Source: Paramoeba atlantica (taxonomy: Eukaryota > Protista > Discosea). Taken from it: a DNA stretch of 64,000 nt. The stretch lies in NCBI GenBank assembly GCA_977017575.1, contig CDRNVI010000012.1:1116001-1180000 (forward strand). The letters run 5' to 3'. The notes under the pieces were generated by a model. It had not been told where the DNA came from. It saw nothing but the letters and a program-made list of their open reading frames with translations, and searched no databases. Position 1 is the stretch's first letter; the number at the start of each line of letters is the position of its first letter. Below are positions 10,718-23,319 of the stretch, piece by piece. The translations under genes and the position numbers were made by a program.

Positions 10718-12421
10718 ATGCTCCCCAGTACCCTTCACCGGTGCGCACTCAAAACTTCCCGACACCGTCTTGCCGTCATGGCCCCTTCCCCCGAGCTCGG
10801 CATTACCATCCCCTCCCACGACACCGTTCCACTTCCCACCTCGCCGCTCCCTCCACTTACCCCCACCGGGGTCTTTCCCAAAGGTCAGTCACTACCCTCT
10901 GTAGGAGAGCGTCACACCGAGGCCCTGGGTCCACACCTCCTTCCCTTCACCACGGAACTCACCAAACGCCCCCCGTTGTCCTCTCCCTCCTCCCCAACGA
11001 GTCCCCTTCCCTCAACCACAACCCGTACCACAACTCCCAGTGTCGCCCCCTCTGTCGTAAACACCATCTTAAATCCTGCTGTCGTAAACACAACCCCCAA
11101 TCCCCCTGTCCTCAGCACAACACCCCATTCATCGGTACTCACGACAGCATCGAACTCCGCTGTTCCTTCCTCCCCCTCCCCCCTTTACGACCTCGCGACC
11201 GGACTTCCCTTCTCCCCTGTACTACGCGACGCCCTTCACGAGAAATCCAGCGACTTCTCGTCTTCCTCTTCCTCTTCTTCCTCTTCTCTCTCCTCTCCCT
11301 ACTGGGTCACCGACACCCACCTCGCGGCCTCCGGTGTCGAGCTGCTCCCCCAGTTCCGAGGCAAAGGGTTCGACACCCGTCGCCTGGGAAGACACCCCCC
11401 CGGTCCACAACACCGGTCCAGCCCCCCCGAGCGTCGGTTCGCGCAGGGCCACGATCTCGAGCTCACCCCCACGGAGCAAGCCATGGTCGACGCCGGGGCG
11501 ATGCTCTACCACCTCTCCCAAACCCGTGAGGGGGCCACGCTGGAGGGGCTCCGCGGGCGGCTGGTCCCGACCGACGCGCTCACCGCGGCGCCGTTGCCCG
11601 CTCCCACCTCGAATGTGCTACGGGAGGCGGTGGGGGGCTACCCCACCAGTCAGTGGGTCCGGGAGGAGTTCCTGTGCCTCGGGCTGCGGCCGGCCCCGGA
11701 GGCCCGGGCGATTTGTATCACGGTGGAGGAGACGTATGAGGATGAGGATGAGGCGGGGGGTGGTGGGGGGTCTACGGATTACCTCCACCGCCTGGGGTTC
11801 TCGCGTCGTCCCGTGGCGAGTTACTCGGAGACGTATTACAACCTCGCGGATCTCGTGGTGTCGTCTGAGTTGCTGACGAGGCTGCGGGAGTGTTACCCGA
11901 GGAGTGCGAGTACGCGGAAGTGTTACCGGCCAACGGTGGCGGTGCCATTGCTGAAGGTGGCGCTACGACACTCGCTTACCTCTCCGTTTTGGGTTACCAT
12001 GAAAGGGGCATTGTATGCCGGGTCACGTGTCGTGGATGACTCCCTGGGGGTACGCCCCATGGCGAGAAGTGAGGCCGTGCTGCACAACACGGAGTGCTGT
12101 GCGCAGTCGGAAGATTTTTTGGAACGACTGCAAAGTGGGGTACCTCGAGCGATGTCTGGGTATAACGGAAAGCCGTTCTCCGAGGAGTCACAGTCGGCGC
12201 TGCGGGAGGCCAAGGGGGTCCGAGGGTTCAATAGCGTGTATTGGATGACCCGGAAACAGGCACGGGAGCTGGGGTCGGGGATTCGCCCTGGTTCCGTGTC
12301 GGTGACAGTGCCCATGTCAGGTGGAACTCGGGAATTTTATAACGTGGACCAAACGGAGTCACCCACCCGGATTATGGATCGTTTGCAGTTTTTGGGTCTC
12401 CTGCAGCCAGTGGGCGTATGA
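10718..12421 (+). CDS. Tc38/p38-like protein with 4 divergent ArdC-N-like repeats and a long Pro/Thr/Ser N-terminal region
   Basis: Repeats DLATGLPF..SPYWVT..LYHLSQT; ..TSQWV..YYNLADL; SASTRKCY..SPFWVT..LHNTE; SGYNGKPF..SVYWMTRKQ..FYNVDQT. Presequence-like N-terminus. Confidence 0.75.
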   Translation: MLPSTLHRCALKTSRHRLAVMAPSPELGITIPSHDTVPLPTSPLPPLTPTGVFPKGQSLPSVGERHTEALGPHLLPFTTELTKRPPLSSPSSPTSPLPSTTTRTTTPSVAPSVVNTILNPAVVNTTPNPPVLSTTPHSSVLTTASNSAVPSSPSPLYDLATGLPFSPVLRDALHEKSSDFSSSSSSSSSSLSSPYWVTDTHLAASGVELLPQFRGKGFDTRRLGRHPPGPQHRSSPPERRFAQGHDLELTPTEQAMVDAGAMLYHLSQTREGATLEGLRGRLVPTDALTAAPLPAPTSNVLREAVGGYPTSQWVREEFLCLGLRPAPEARAICITVEETYEDEDEAGGGGGSTDYLHRLGFSRRPVASYSETYYNLADLVVSSELLTRLRECYPRSASTRKCYRPTVAVPLLKVALRHSLTSPFWVTMKGALYAGSRVVDDSLGVRPMARSEAVLHNTECCAQSEDFLERLQSGVPRAMSGYNGKPFSEESQSALREAKGVRGFNSVYWMTRKQARELGSGIRPGSVSVTVPMSGGTREFYNVDQTESPTRIMDRLQFLGLLQPVGV

Positions 12422-12908
12422 ACAACATTCACGCATGGTTTGTGTTTGAGAATGTCTGTTTCTGTTTTTTTCTAAATCATTAATTGTGTTGTAGAGTAAA
12501 ATCACGAAGTAGATCAGAAGTCGGTGTGTAAGTTAATAGGCCTTTTGGTGGGATATTTTTTTACTAAATGCTACTCTGATTTAGAAATGTTTGATTTTTT
12601 ATCTAGCCCTTAGTACACTAGAACCCCTTTTCTCTTATCATGCGTTGTAGATGCGATTCACTTTACTATGAGATACTCAGAAAAGGAACTCTTAAATATG
12701 TATCATATTTCGTAATCACATTGACAAACTTTGTATAAATTCGTAACGATAAGAATCGGGCGGCTTTTATCTTTGTGTCACGGTTTGCACATCATTTTTC
12801 TTTTGTTGGTCAACGGCAAAGCTTTTGTATTTTCATATTTTTGCTCAAAGATTAAGCCGAATCTTACAGGAGATATTCTTTTTATCTTTCCGTGTTTTTT
12901 GCTACCTG

Positions 12909-14306
12909 ATGATTCGACTTTCGTCTAAATGGTTCAAGTCTAGCAAAATTTTTGTTCCGTCTTCCGCTACCTCAACGGGATCCAAGACCGCTCCCTCCGC
13001 CGCTCCTCGTGCTTTAAGTGCTGCCACTGGAAAACCGTATCCCTCCGGCCTGGCCCAAACCCTAAACATTCGCGCATTTCGCTCCAACCTATGGCTCACG
13101 GAAGCCCAAATGGCATTGTGTGGTGTCACGCTACGTGAGGATCAGCGTGGCAAAGGGGTCGTCGTCCCTCGCCGTCCTCGATCCTACACGCTCTACAACG
13201 CCTCACAAACCACTGACTTTGACAAAGTCCGCGCCATGCAGGGAAAGCTTAATGTCACCAACGCCTTGACCGGGAACGCAATCGCCGCCACGGCCGCCGC
13301 AAAACTCACCGCCTCCCTCGGGAACTTCCCCACCAACCAGTGGGTCACACGACACCAAATCCACGCCCTCTCCTTAAAACTACTCCCCGGCGCCACCCCT
13401 GTAGTCATCACACACATCACTCTAAAAAAACGTCCCCCACGAAAACGACCCTTGGCCATTACACACCCCTCCTCCTCCTCCTCCTCCCCCTCTTCTCCCC
13501 CCACCTCATCCACCAAACGTGCCACAACTCTCACAACGGCTCATCTCTCACCTTCTTCGACTTCTACAGCTTCCCCTACATCTCGCTCGTCTTCTTCGTC
13601 TTCACCCTCCCCTTCCCCCACGACCGCTTCTTCTACTGCTACTGTCACTACCACCACTACGACTACTACTACTCACTACTACAACCTGGCTTCTCTCGCC
13701 CACCCCTCCACCCTCTCCCTCGCCCACACCCTCTACCCCCGCTCCGCCCTCTCCCGCAGGCCCTACCACCGCGGCGTCGCCTACCCCTTACTCCGGGTCG
13801 CCCTCGAGCGCGGGTTCCGCTCCCCGTACTGGCTCAGCCGCGACACCGCCGCACGCCGGCGGGTCGGGCTGCGGGAGGGGGCGACCGGGGCCGCGGTGTG
13901 CTTCTACCGGAAGCGAAAGCTGGTGCTGTACAACGCCGAGGAGACGACGGCCCCGGGGAGGGTGGTGCCGCGGGGGGGGACGGGACGAACGGCCCCCCGG
14001 GGGGGTCGGTGGGGTCCCGGGGGGTTGACGTTGCTTCCGAGGTCGGCGATTTCGGGGGGGCAGTACCCGGAGCCGACGCGGTCGGAGTTGTTGGAGGTGG
14101 CGCAGCAGAGAGGGTACCGTTCGCCGTTGTGGATGACACGGCGGCAGGCGGCGCATTTGAATGCGGAGGTGCGAAGCGGGGAGGAGCCGACGGCGGTGCA
14201 TTTTTATAAAGGGTCGCTGGAGTTGTTTAACGCGGAGCAAACGAAGAATCGGTACTTTTTTGCGAATCGACTGAAAAAATTTAGACACGTGCGAAAGAAG
14301 GGGTAA
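12909..14306 (+). CDS. Tc38/p38-like protein, 4 repeats, Ser/Thr insertion in repeat 2
   Basis: SAATGKPY..SNLWLTEAQ..LYNASQT; NALTG..TNQWVT..YYNLASL; SALSRRPY..SPYWLS..LYNAEET; SAISGGQY..SPLWMTRRQ..LFNAEQT. Starts MIRLSSKWFK (mitochondrial-like). Confidence 0.85.
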   Translation: MIRLSSKWFKSSKIFVPSSATSTGSKTAPSAAPRALSAATGKPYPSGLAQTLNIRAFRSNLWLTEAQMALCGVTLREDQRGKGVVVPRRPRSYTLYNASQTTDFDKVRAMQGKLNVTNALTGNAIAATAAAKLTASLGNFPTNQWVTRHQIHALSLKLLPGATPVVITHITLKKRPPRKRPLAITHPSSSSSSPSSPPTSSTKRATTLTTAHLSPSSTSTASPTSRSSSSSSPSPSPTTASSTATVTTTTTTTTTHYYNLASLAHPSTLSLAHTLYPRSALSRRPYHRGVAYPLLRVALERGFRSPYWLSRDTAARRRVGLREGATGAAVCFYRKRKLVLYNAEETTAPGRVVPRGGTGRTAPRGGRWGPGGLTLLPRSAISGGQYPEPTRSELLEVAQQRGYRSPLWMTRRQAAHLNAEVRSGEEPTAVHFYKGSLELFNAEQTKNRYFFANRLKKFRHVRKKG

Positions 14307-15025
14307 GGAGATGAATAAATAGAGGAAACGCTAGCTCGTAAAAAAGGTAATCTCCTTTTTTGGGGGGGCATGTCAGGCGTCCTTTTTGCGGTATCTTGTC
14401 TTGAATGTAAGTTTCGGTGCATTATGGTGCATGCAGTGCGTATCATACACTGCAATGTACACTGCAACGGTGTAACTGCAAACTAATTGTTATTCACTCG
14501 GTAGGAGTAAACCTCTATACTAGAGGGAGGGCGTGGTACTTCACATCCCGTGGCCCACGATTCGCTGGTTTTATAGAGATGAAAACGACATGACCTCTTT
14601 CGTTATGACGATGTAACACTTTCAAGAGCATTTTTCGATCTTCGACAATGGCATGTACGGCTGTCGCACCGTTCTGGGCATCCAACTTATTCGGCTTCAA
14701 TCACCTCGTACACACACATTGTACATTTTACCATTTACCATGACAATTACATCTCCGATTGAAACAACTTTAATTGTTTCTCAGTTCGAATTGTATAGAT
14801 TTAGTATCTCCACCTAGCAAAATTATCTATTTCACAAATTCAGATAATATTTTCACATCCAGCAAACAAAACAAACCACAAAGAAATCCTTTTTTCCACA
14901 CTACCACCCATCCACCCCCAGCCATGCTCCGTTCGGCCGTCCCCACACGGTGAACCTGACCCCACAACACCCAAAACCACCCACCCCAACCCAAAAACAC
15001 ACCCTTCCCCCCTTTTCTCCTCTCC

Positions 15026-16156
15026 ATGTTCCGTCTCTTCCTCCCCTCCCGCACGCCCTTCTCCCCCCGCTCTCTCGCCTACAGCGCCGCCACCGGTGCC
15101 CCCTACCCCGCCGCCACCGCCGCCGAGCTCGCGGCCAAGGGCTACCGCTCCAACCTGTGGCTTACCCGAACCCACGCCGCGTTGGCTGGGGTTGCGCTCC
15201 TCACCGAGGAGATCCCCAACGGCCACCCCCTCCCCCTCTCCCGGGGACTCGTCACGTTATACAATGCCGACCAGACCACCGACCCGGGCCGTATTAACGC
15301 GTTAAAGGGCCAGCTGTTCCCGACACACGCCCTCACGGGGCTACGACTCGGTCCACAGGCCTCGGCAGCGATTGCCGCCTCCGCGCGTGTGATCAGCGGG
15401 GACGCACGCACCTGTAATGAGTGGGTCACGGCACGAGAGTGTGAGATACTCGGGTGGGGACGACGCGGGGGTTCGAAGGAGAGGGCGGGGAAAGGGGTCT
15501 CGGTGGAGGTGGTGGTGGAGCAAACATCGACGGACCCGGACGGGCTGCCGAATGTCACCGAGGTGAGGAAGGTGGTGGAATACGTGAATTTGACGGAGCT
15601 GGAGAGCCCGTGGAGGGTGCGGACGGCGAGGGAGATGTACCCGATGGCGGTGTCCACGGGGCATAAGTACTCGATTGAGCCCGCGCTGGTGTTGTTGAAG
15701 GCGGCGGTCAGGTATGGGTACTCCTCGTGTTACTGGCTCACGTCGGAGGGGTGTAAAGACCTTGGGATTCAGGTGCGTACTCCCGAACAAGGGGTTCACC
15801 TGCTCCTTCCTCGGCGGAACTCCGAGGTGGTGTTGTATAATGCGGACAATACGTTGGGGAGAGCCAACATCGTAAAGGCGGCGTACCGCGCCCGGTTAAA
15901 ACCACGCTCCGCCAAAACAGGCTTGTTGTTTCCCCCGGAAACGGGATCCCAGTTAGAGAAACACCGGGAAGAGCGTGGGTTTGGCAGTCCATACTGGTTA
16001 ACTTACCCCCAAGCCTTCGTGATCGGGGTGAAAATACTCTCTAACGAACGCCCGAAGACAATTATGATGTCTGGTAAAGTGACTAACTTGTTTAACGCGG
16101 ATCAAACGGATAATCCCCGAAAAGTTTGCCTCTATGCCGAGGATGGAAGGTGGTGA
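15026..16156 (+). CDS. Tc38/p38-like protein, 4 repeats
   Basis: SAATGAPY..SNLWLT..LYNADQT through SAKTGLLF..SPYWLTYPQA..LFNADQT. Starts MFRLFLPSR. Confidence 0.85.
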   Translation: MFRLFLPSRTPFSPRSLAYSAATGAPYPAATAAELAAKGYRSNLWLTRTHAALAGVALLTEEIPNGHPLPLSRGLVTLYNADQTTDPGRINALKGQLFPTHALTGLRLGPQASAAIAASARVISGDARTCNEWVTARECEILGWGRRGGSKERAGKGVSVEVVVEQTSTDPDGLPNVTEVRKVVEYVNLTELESPWRVRTAREMYPMAVSTGHKYSIEPALVLLKAAVRYGYSSCYWLTSEGCKDLGIQVRTPEQGVHLLLPRRNSEVVLYNADNTLGRANIVKAAYRARLKPRSAKTGLLFPPETGSQLEKHREERGFGSPYWLTYPQAFVIGVKILSNERPKTIMMSGKVTNLFNADQTDNPRKVCLYAEDGRW

Positions 16157-16602
16157 ATTACACATTTTAGAGCAAGCTCACGCGTCTCGTAACGTTCTTC
16201 AGGTACGTACCTAGACAGTTTGGACTCGTCTTCTTTGCTTAACCAACTCAAATTATTGTGTTGCCCCCACTAAAACAAACTTGCAGATTTTTGTAAAACT
16301 GATTAGATATTAAAGATACGGTACGCAAAATCGTGTTGTAAAGTACATAGCCTACATAAAGTACATCTACGAATTTCTCGGTGTTCCGTTAGACTTAAAC
16401 GTGAAGGCTTGGCGTACACACAGCTTTCTACAATAATCCACATTAGAATAGAATTTTTTACGGAACAACGACTTACAGTAGTACCATTACAGCTTTTTCT
16501 CTTTTTTTATCGTGTTGGACAACTATAATTTTCAATAATCAAAGTCGTATACAAATCATTGACAAAACTCTTATTGGCTTTCCTTACATCCTACACTTTA
16601 TA

Positions 16603-17727
16603 ATGTTGTTTCGGAACCTCTCTTTCTTTGCGAAACAAGTCGCCTCAAAGAAACCCAATTCCACTCTCCCCGCTGCTTCCGCAGTTTCCGCGCTCACCGG
16701 CGCGCCTTATCCCAAAAGCAAAACCACCGAACTCGTCGCCCGTGGGTTCACCTCCCCCGTATGGCTAACAGAGAAACAGATGGAGACCATCGGGGTGGGG
16801 CTGAAGCCCGGGGCCCAGGGAAAAGGTCAAAAGCTCTCCTTCTCGGCCGGAACCTCCTGCACACTCTACAACGCGACCCAGACTACGGACCCTGCGCTGA
16901 TCGAGTCTTTGATGGGTCGCTTGCACCCGACGAATGCGATTACCGGATATGACATTGGTCGTGAGGCCGCGCCTTTGCTGCTGAAGCGTCTCGGGAACTT
17001 TCCTACAAACGAGTGGGTGACGGAAAAACAAGTCTCGGGTCTCGGATTGAAATTAAAACCTAAGGCAAGGGGTGTGGAGATTGAGCTCGCGTTTTCTTCC
17101 CCTTCCGCAGACCCTATAAAGGACGAGGGGCTACTCCTGGATCGTGGGGTGACGGTGACGTATTACAACGTGGGAGATCTCGAGAACCCGGAGGTGGTCA
17201 AACGTGCGAAACGACTGTCCCCGATTTCTGCCTCCACAGGGCGTAAGTATGCGAAGGAGATTGCCGTTCAACTGCTACGTGAGGCACTGCAGAAAAGGTA
17301 CGAATCTCCGTTTTGGTTGACTCAGAATGCGTGTCGAGTTTTGGGACTGACGTTAAAGCCACAGAGCGAGGGGGTGCCGGTCTCGGTTGCGTCCTCGTCC
17401 AAACAGATTGTGCTGTTCAATGCGGACTGCACTAATAACCCCTCCAAGGTGGCTTCAGAGTCGTACAAGGCACAGTTCCAACCACGCTCTGCGGTATCTG
17501 GGGCATTGTATCCCGAGCCCACGAGCTCGGAGCTCTCATCGTTCGCGCTGAAAAACAAGTTCCGTAGCCTTTACTGGCTGACGTACAAACAGGCGAGCTT
17601 CCTAGGGGTGGACATAGTGCCAGGACAGAAACCGGCAGAGGTGTTTTTAGGCTCCGTTTACGTTAAGGTGTACAACGCCGACCAGACCACGAACAAGAAG
17701 AAGGTAGAGGAGCACGCGACCAAGTGA
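16603..17727 (+). CDS. Tc38/p38-like protein, 4 repeats
   Basis: SALTGAPY..GFTSPVWLTEKQ..LYNATQT through SAVSGALY..SLYWLTYKQA..VYNADQT. Starts MLFRNLSFFAK. Confidence 0.88.
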   Translation: MLFRNLSFFAKQVASKKPNSTLPAASAVSALTGAPYPKSKTTELVARGFTSPVWLTEKQMETIGVGLKPGAQGKGQKLSFSAGTSCTLYNATQTTDPALIESLMGRLHPTNAITGYDIGREAAPLLLKRLGNFPTNEWVTEKQVSGLGLKLKPKARGVEIELAFSSPSADPIKDEGLLLDRGVTVTYYNVGDLENPEVVKRAKRLSPISASTGRKYAKEIAVQLLREALQKRYESPFWLTQNACRVLGLTLKPQSEGVPVSVASSSKQIVLFNADCTNNPSKVASESYKAQFQPRSAVSGALYPEPTSSELSSFALKNKFRSLYWLTYKQASFLGVDIVPGQKPAEVFLGSVYVKVYNADQTTNKKKVEEHATK

Positions 17728-18265
17728 GCCGCGGGGTGCGAGGATCACCGGATGTCTGCATGGGAGCGTCTTGATGTGTCATGATTCTCCTCTTTTTGGT
17801 AATTAGTTTGTTTAGATTATATTTTTTACGATATACTGAATGTGTGGTATCACACACACCTCGTCTTCTGAATCTTGGAAAATGTTTAGAAATGTGTGTA
17901 TTCCATAATAAAAATTGGCAATAGAGTACTTTCAGAGTAGAATAGTATGTAATTTTTGTGGCCTTCTTTTCTCTCGCACTATTTATATGATTTCTGGCTC
18001 CTTACACGATACCATTTTGAATACGTAAGGAATCACAATGGAGAACACAAGAGTAACGAAAGTTTTTTAATTCGCAACCCTTGTTTATCCTTCATTTACG
18101 AAATCTTTTTTTAGAGATTTTAGATGGTACTCTACTTATTAAACCCATGGCGGCGAATAAGACATAACCGAAAGAAGGATTTACCGAAAAATAGGCCTTT
18201 GAAGGCTTCACACGTACCTCTCCATTTTTTCTCTCGAAGTTGTTAAGCACCTTTTTTCAACGCTA

Positions 18266-18294
18266 TTTTTCATCCTCTTTTTTTCACTTTTTAG
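18266..18294 (+). promoter_or_regulatory. Polypyrimidine tract plus AG, candidate trans-splice acceptor (example; similar tracts precede many genes)
   Basis: TTTTTCATCCTCTTTTTTTCACTTTTTAG ending 23 nt before the ATG at 18317. Confidence 0.5.
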
Positions 18295-18316
18295 CCCTTT
18301 GAGTTTCGTTCCCGAC

Positions 18317-19090
18317 ATGTTTGATCAAACCCCTCCACAACCCCAATCACTACTTGTGAGCCGATTTCTTCTACCCCATCTTCACGCTACCGATTCCACC
18401 CCCTCCCCTCCCACATCCCATCTCGGCAAATCCCGTCGGTTACTGCACCCACCGGAGGTTGATCTCCTCACCCTCACCCAGCATACCCTGTGGCCGCATC
18501 ACTCTTGGAACCGCGATGTCCAGGCGTGCATGTGGGCCGGTGTGATCTGCGACGTCTCCGGGGAGATCCCCACGGAGCTACGCTGGGCGGGTTTTCTGCT
18601 ACATGGCAACCTTACCTGGGAAGCGCTCCCGCGTACAACACGCCGCGTAATACTCTCTAACAACATGCTGGGAGGGACGCTGGACCTCACCGCATTGCAT
18701 GACATCGTGGAATTCTTCTCTGTGTCGTATAACCGGTTGGGAGGAACGCTGGAGCTGCGCGAGTTGCCTCCAAATATTGCTACTCTAAATGTAGCGCACA
18801 ATCGATTCACCGGAGGGGTGGATCTGCGGATGCTTCCCAATACGCTCACCGGACTGTTTTTACAGGATAACTATTTGAGTGGTGTGGCACACATCCCAAG
18901 CGATCCGGACGCCCGGAAGAATAGAGATCCAAAAACGATAGACCTTACTTTGAACCCGAATTTAATCGTATTTCCCGACGTGGGAATTATCCGAGAAATA
19001 CGGTACGATGGAAGTGCCGAGCCGTGGGAGTATTCCTTCCTGGTTCTTGGCGCTTTGGCCGCAGTTTTAGGTATTGATTTGATTTTTTAA
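18317..19090 (+). CDS. LRR protein with C-terminal hydrophobic segment
   Basis: ACMWAGVIC cap, LPxxLxxLxLxxNxxxG repeats, terminal SFLVLGALAAVLGIDLIF. Confidence 0.85.
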   Translation: MFDQTPPQPQSLLVSRFLLPHLHATDSTPSPPTSHLGKSRRLLHPPEVDLLTLTQHTLWPHHSWNRDVQACMWAGVICDVSGEIPTELRWAGFLLHGNLTWEALPRTTRRVILSNNMLGGTLDLTALHDIVEFFSVSYNRLGGTLELRELPPNIATLNVAHNRFTGGVDLRMLPNTLTGLFLQDNYLSGVAHIPSDPDARKNRDPKTIDLTLNPNLIVFPDVGIIREIRYDGSAEPWEYSFLVLGALAAVLGIDLIF

Positions 19091-19196
19091 TCAAACTGCT
19101 ACAAAAGTTTGACGGGTTGAATATCCAAGTATCGTAATATCTGTTGAAGAAAATGCTTTTTCACTTCAGTAAGCTTTGAACTCATTTTATGTAGTA

Positions 19197-19481
19197 AACC
19201 ATGTTCCAGGATAGTATACCCATGCCCACTTAGTATGCCGACCCCCCCCTTCCCAGCAACAGGAGCGTGATACGTGCCTTTTTTAGAAGCGCCAGAGCAT
19301 TTTTCTAGCAATCACACGGTATTAAATCGCATTTTAAGGTCAAGACACCATTTTTCTAGCAACTACAGATGAGAAACGCGCCGCGAAGCGGCGCGAAAAT
19401 TTTTTTCTGCATTTTAGACAAAATTTAGTATACCGTACCCACTTAGTATACCTACTAGGTATACTATCCTGGAACATGGTT
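19197..19481. mobile_element. MITE, 24-bp perfect TIRs, TA-flanked
   Basis: TA|AACCATGTTCCAGGATAGTATACC ... GGTATACTATCCTGGAACATGGTT|TA; contains the hairpin CGCGCCGCGAAGCGGCGCG. Confidence 0.85.
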
Positions 19482-19525
19482 TAGTACCAAACTGTGCCGT
19501 TTCTTCAGAACTTCAGAAGCTACTA

Positions 19526-19814
19526 CTCCCCCTGTCATTAATAATGATAATCTTAAAAAAGATATCGTTCTATGTGGTGAAGACTCTTAAAAAATTATCA
19601 ACTTATTTTCATGCACGCAAGATTTTCTTAAAAAAAAAGTTTTTTGAACTAAAAAACTACTGGTAAGGTTTCAAAACCGGCCCAAATTCGGGTTAAAATT
19701 TATCATTTTTGACCTGAAAATCGTGTTTTTTGGCGAAAACTATGTACTACCCCTGCCATTAATGATAATGATAATAATAATCTCAAAAATATTATCATTA
19801 TCATTATTAATGAC
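19526..19814. mobile_element. Degenerate MITE of the TA|CTCCCC-terminus family
   Basis: Left end TA|CTCCCCCTGTCATTAATAATGATA; partial inverse ATTATCATTATTAATGAC at about 19797-19814; outermost right TIR bases missing. Confidence 0.5.
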
Positions 19815-20081
19815 TTTTTTTGCACTATTTTCGTTATTTTTCGGAATTTTTATTATACCTGTAGCTAGTTATTGTACCGGGGAGGTACATTAACACGGAC
19901 GGGGGTTTACTTTGATTTATTAGTATTAAGTTATTAGTATAAGTTTCACACATGATTCTATGTTTTTTATAGGATCATCAACTTTTTTCTCGACGATACG
20001 CTCATAACATCTTTATAAGGCATTATTTTCTTATCATTGTATTAGTTTTTTTTTCTTGTGCTAACACGCTACATCGGTAGA

Positions 20082-20948
20082 ATGCTGCAAAATGCATTGT
20101 TCTCTGACCCACATGCCCCTGGACGAAACTCCGAAGCAATCTCAGATACCCCTCCTTGCCGACTGGGAAAAGTAGCTGGCATTATTTTACCTCCACAGGT
20201 TGCTCTCGATCTTTTTCTGCAAAACATCACGTCACGCGATCCTTCTTGGTCCACGGAGAGAGATGTTTGTAAATGGGGACACGTATCCTGCGATGAGAAT
20301 TCCACTCTTCGCAAGCTTATGTGGTCAAACCTTGGTCTTATGGGGACTCTTGCATGGCGCTTTCTTCCGCACAGCCTTGAATTCATACTTCTTGGAGGCT
20401 ATGGCAGTAATAATGAGCTTTCAGGTTCCCTGCCTGCTGCGCACCTCCCAAGGAATTTGGTCACACTGTCGTTGTCGGAGAATAAATTCTCGGGAGAGCT
20501 TTATCTGCTAGACATGCCTCAAACTCTCCTAGATTTGTCCGTTCGTTCGAATTGTTTCTATGGCGTGCTTTACCTTCCTGATTTACCACCTACGGTAAGA
20601 ACATTTAGTGCCTCCTACAATAAATTCTCCGGTCCCCTTGTCCTTGATAAACTCCAAGAATGTATTGTAGAATTGTATCTCACAGCGAATTTATTTGAAG
20701 GGAGTGTTCGATTAGACCAATTGCCATTTACAATGCGTCGACTTCACCTGTCCGACAATAATCTTTCTGGGTGCATTGAACTTCATTCACTACCGGTTAC
20801 TCTTGTTGCGTTGTTTTTACACTGTAACAAGTTTAGCGGACCGCTTGATGTATCTCATGTACCCCAATCACTCCAATCGCTCTATCTTTTCGGAAACCAG
20901 TTCACTTCAGTCTACCCCGAGGTACTTCCATCTTGTGTTAAAATATAG
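20082..20948 (+). CDS. LRR protein (23-aa repeats)
   Basis: VCKWGHVSC cap followed by about 8 LRRs. Confidence 0.88.
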   Translation: MLQNALFSDPHAPGRNSEAISDTPPCRLGKVAGIILPPQVALDLFLQNITSRDPSWSTERDVCKWGHVSCDENSTLRKLMWSNLGLMGTLAWRFLPHSLEFILLGGYGSNNELSGSLPAAHLPRNLVTLSLSENKFSGELYLLDMPQTLLDLSVRSNCFYGVLYLPDLPPTVRTFSASYNKFSGPLVLDKLQECIVELYLTANLFEGSVRLDQLPFTMRRLHLSDNNLSGCIELHSLPVTLVALFLHCNKFSGPLDVSHVPQSLQSLYLFGNQFTSVYPEVLPSCVKI

Positions 20949-21304
20949 AACTGGGGATACCATGAACTCCGAAAACGATATCACTGTATTGGTTGTATAT
21001 TTAATGGTTGTCCTACACTATACACCTAATACACCTGCACCATACTGGGGGTATGTTATCGTGTATTAATGTCGATAGTGTACCCTCCCCTGTTTAAGGC
21101 AGATAGGGTGCTCTGGTGATTCTTGTTTACGGCTCTAAGATCTTTTCAAGCTTTAAGATCTAAAGTCCCTGTTTTTGAAATCCTTTTCAACGTTCTTGTT
21201 CTTTTATTGTTGTACCTATAGCTAGTTATACTGGTGAGTACATAAACCCGGATGGGGGTTTACATTTCCCGTAATGTATTCACTAACACTGGCACCGTGC
21301 TTGA

Positions 21305-22651
<1,347 letters not shown>

Positions 22652-23319
22652 GGTTACAGCGTATAGAGTAAGTGGGTAGCAAAAGGCGTTTTCAGAAACG
22701 CATTAATTGGGCTACTTGAATTGTCATGATTTTGCATTAATGTTGAACTCGTAATCTTCTTGGATTCGAAATTGCGCTGTTGTGGGCTATCTGCTTTTTT
22801 TATTTGCACATCGAAAGGTGTGCATCTCGTATTGTGAAATAATTCTCTTGCGACTAGAGAATAGAATATTTCTGTTGCTTTCTTCTGCTCTGGGAGTGCA
22901 TTTTGTAGTTGCGCTTTTTTGCTATTTCGGGGCCTTTATGTCATGTAGGAAAAAAATATACATGTGTACTGCACGTATTATAGAACACTTTATACTTCGT
23001 GCAGGTCACTATTAGGGTCACTATTAGGTCACTATTAGGTGCACGAGAATGTTTCAAAATGCATTCAGTTGTCCTACACCACTACTCAATCGCTTGTTTT
23101 CCATTGTTTTACCACCGCGTTTAACGAATCTACTATTCCTTATGTAGGTAATGCACGGTAAAAAATATTGATAGATGTACTAAAAACAATTAGAGGATTA
23201 GAGGTGGTCCTCCTTTTAAGGGTCCTTTCGAAATCTAAAGGCATTTTCTTTTTCATGCAAATTAAATTAAAGAAATGTATTTCTATGTACTGCCGTTGCC
23301 ACATTGACCTTCCCTCTAC

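Noticed and set aside
23006-23042. Telomere-like repeat (GGTCACTATTAG x3)
   Set aside because: Only one TTAGGG; a local tandem duplication.
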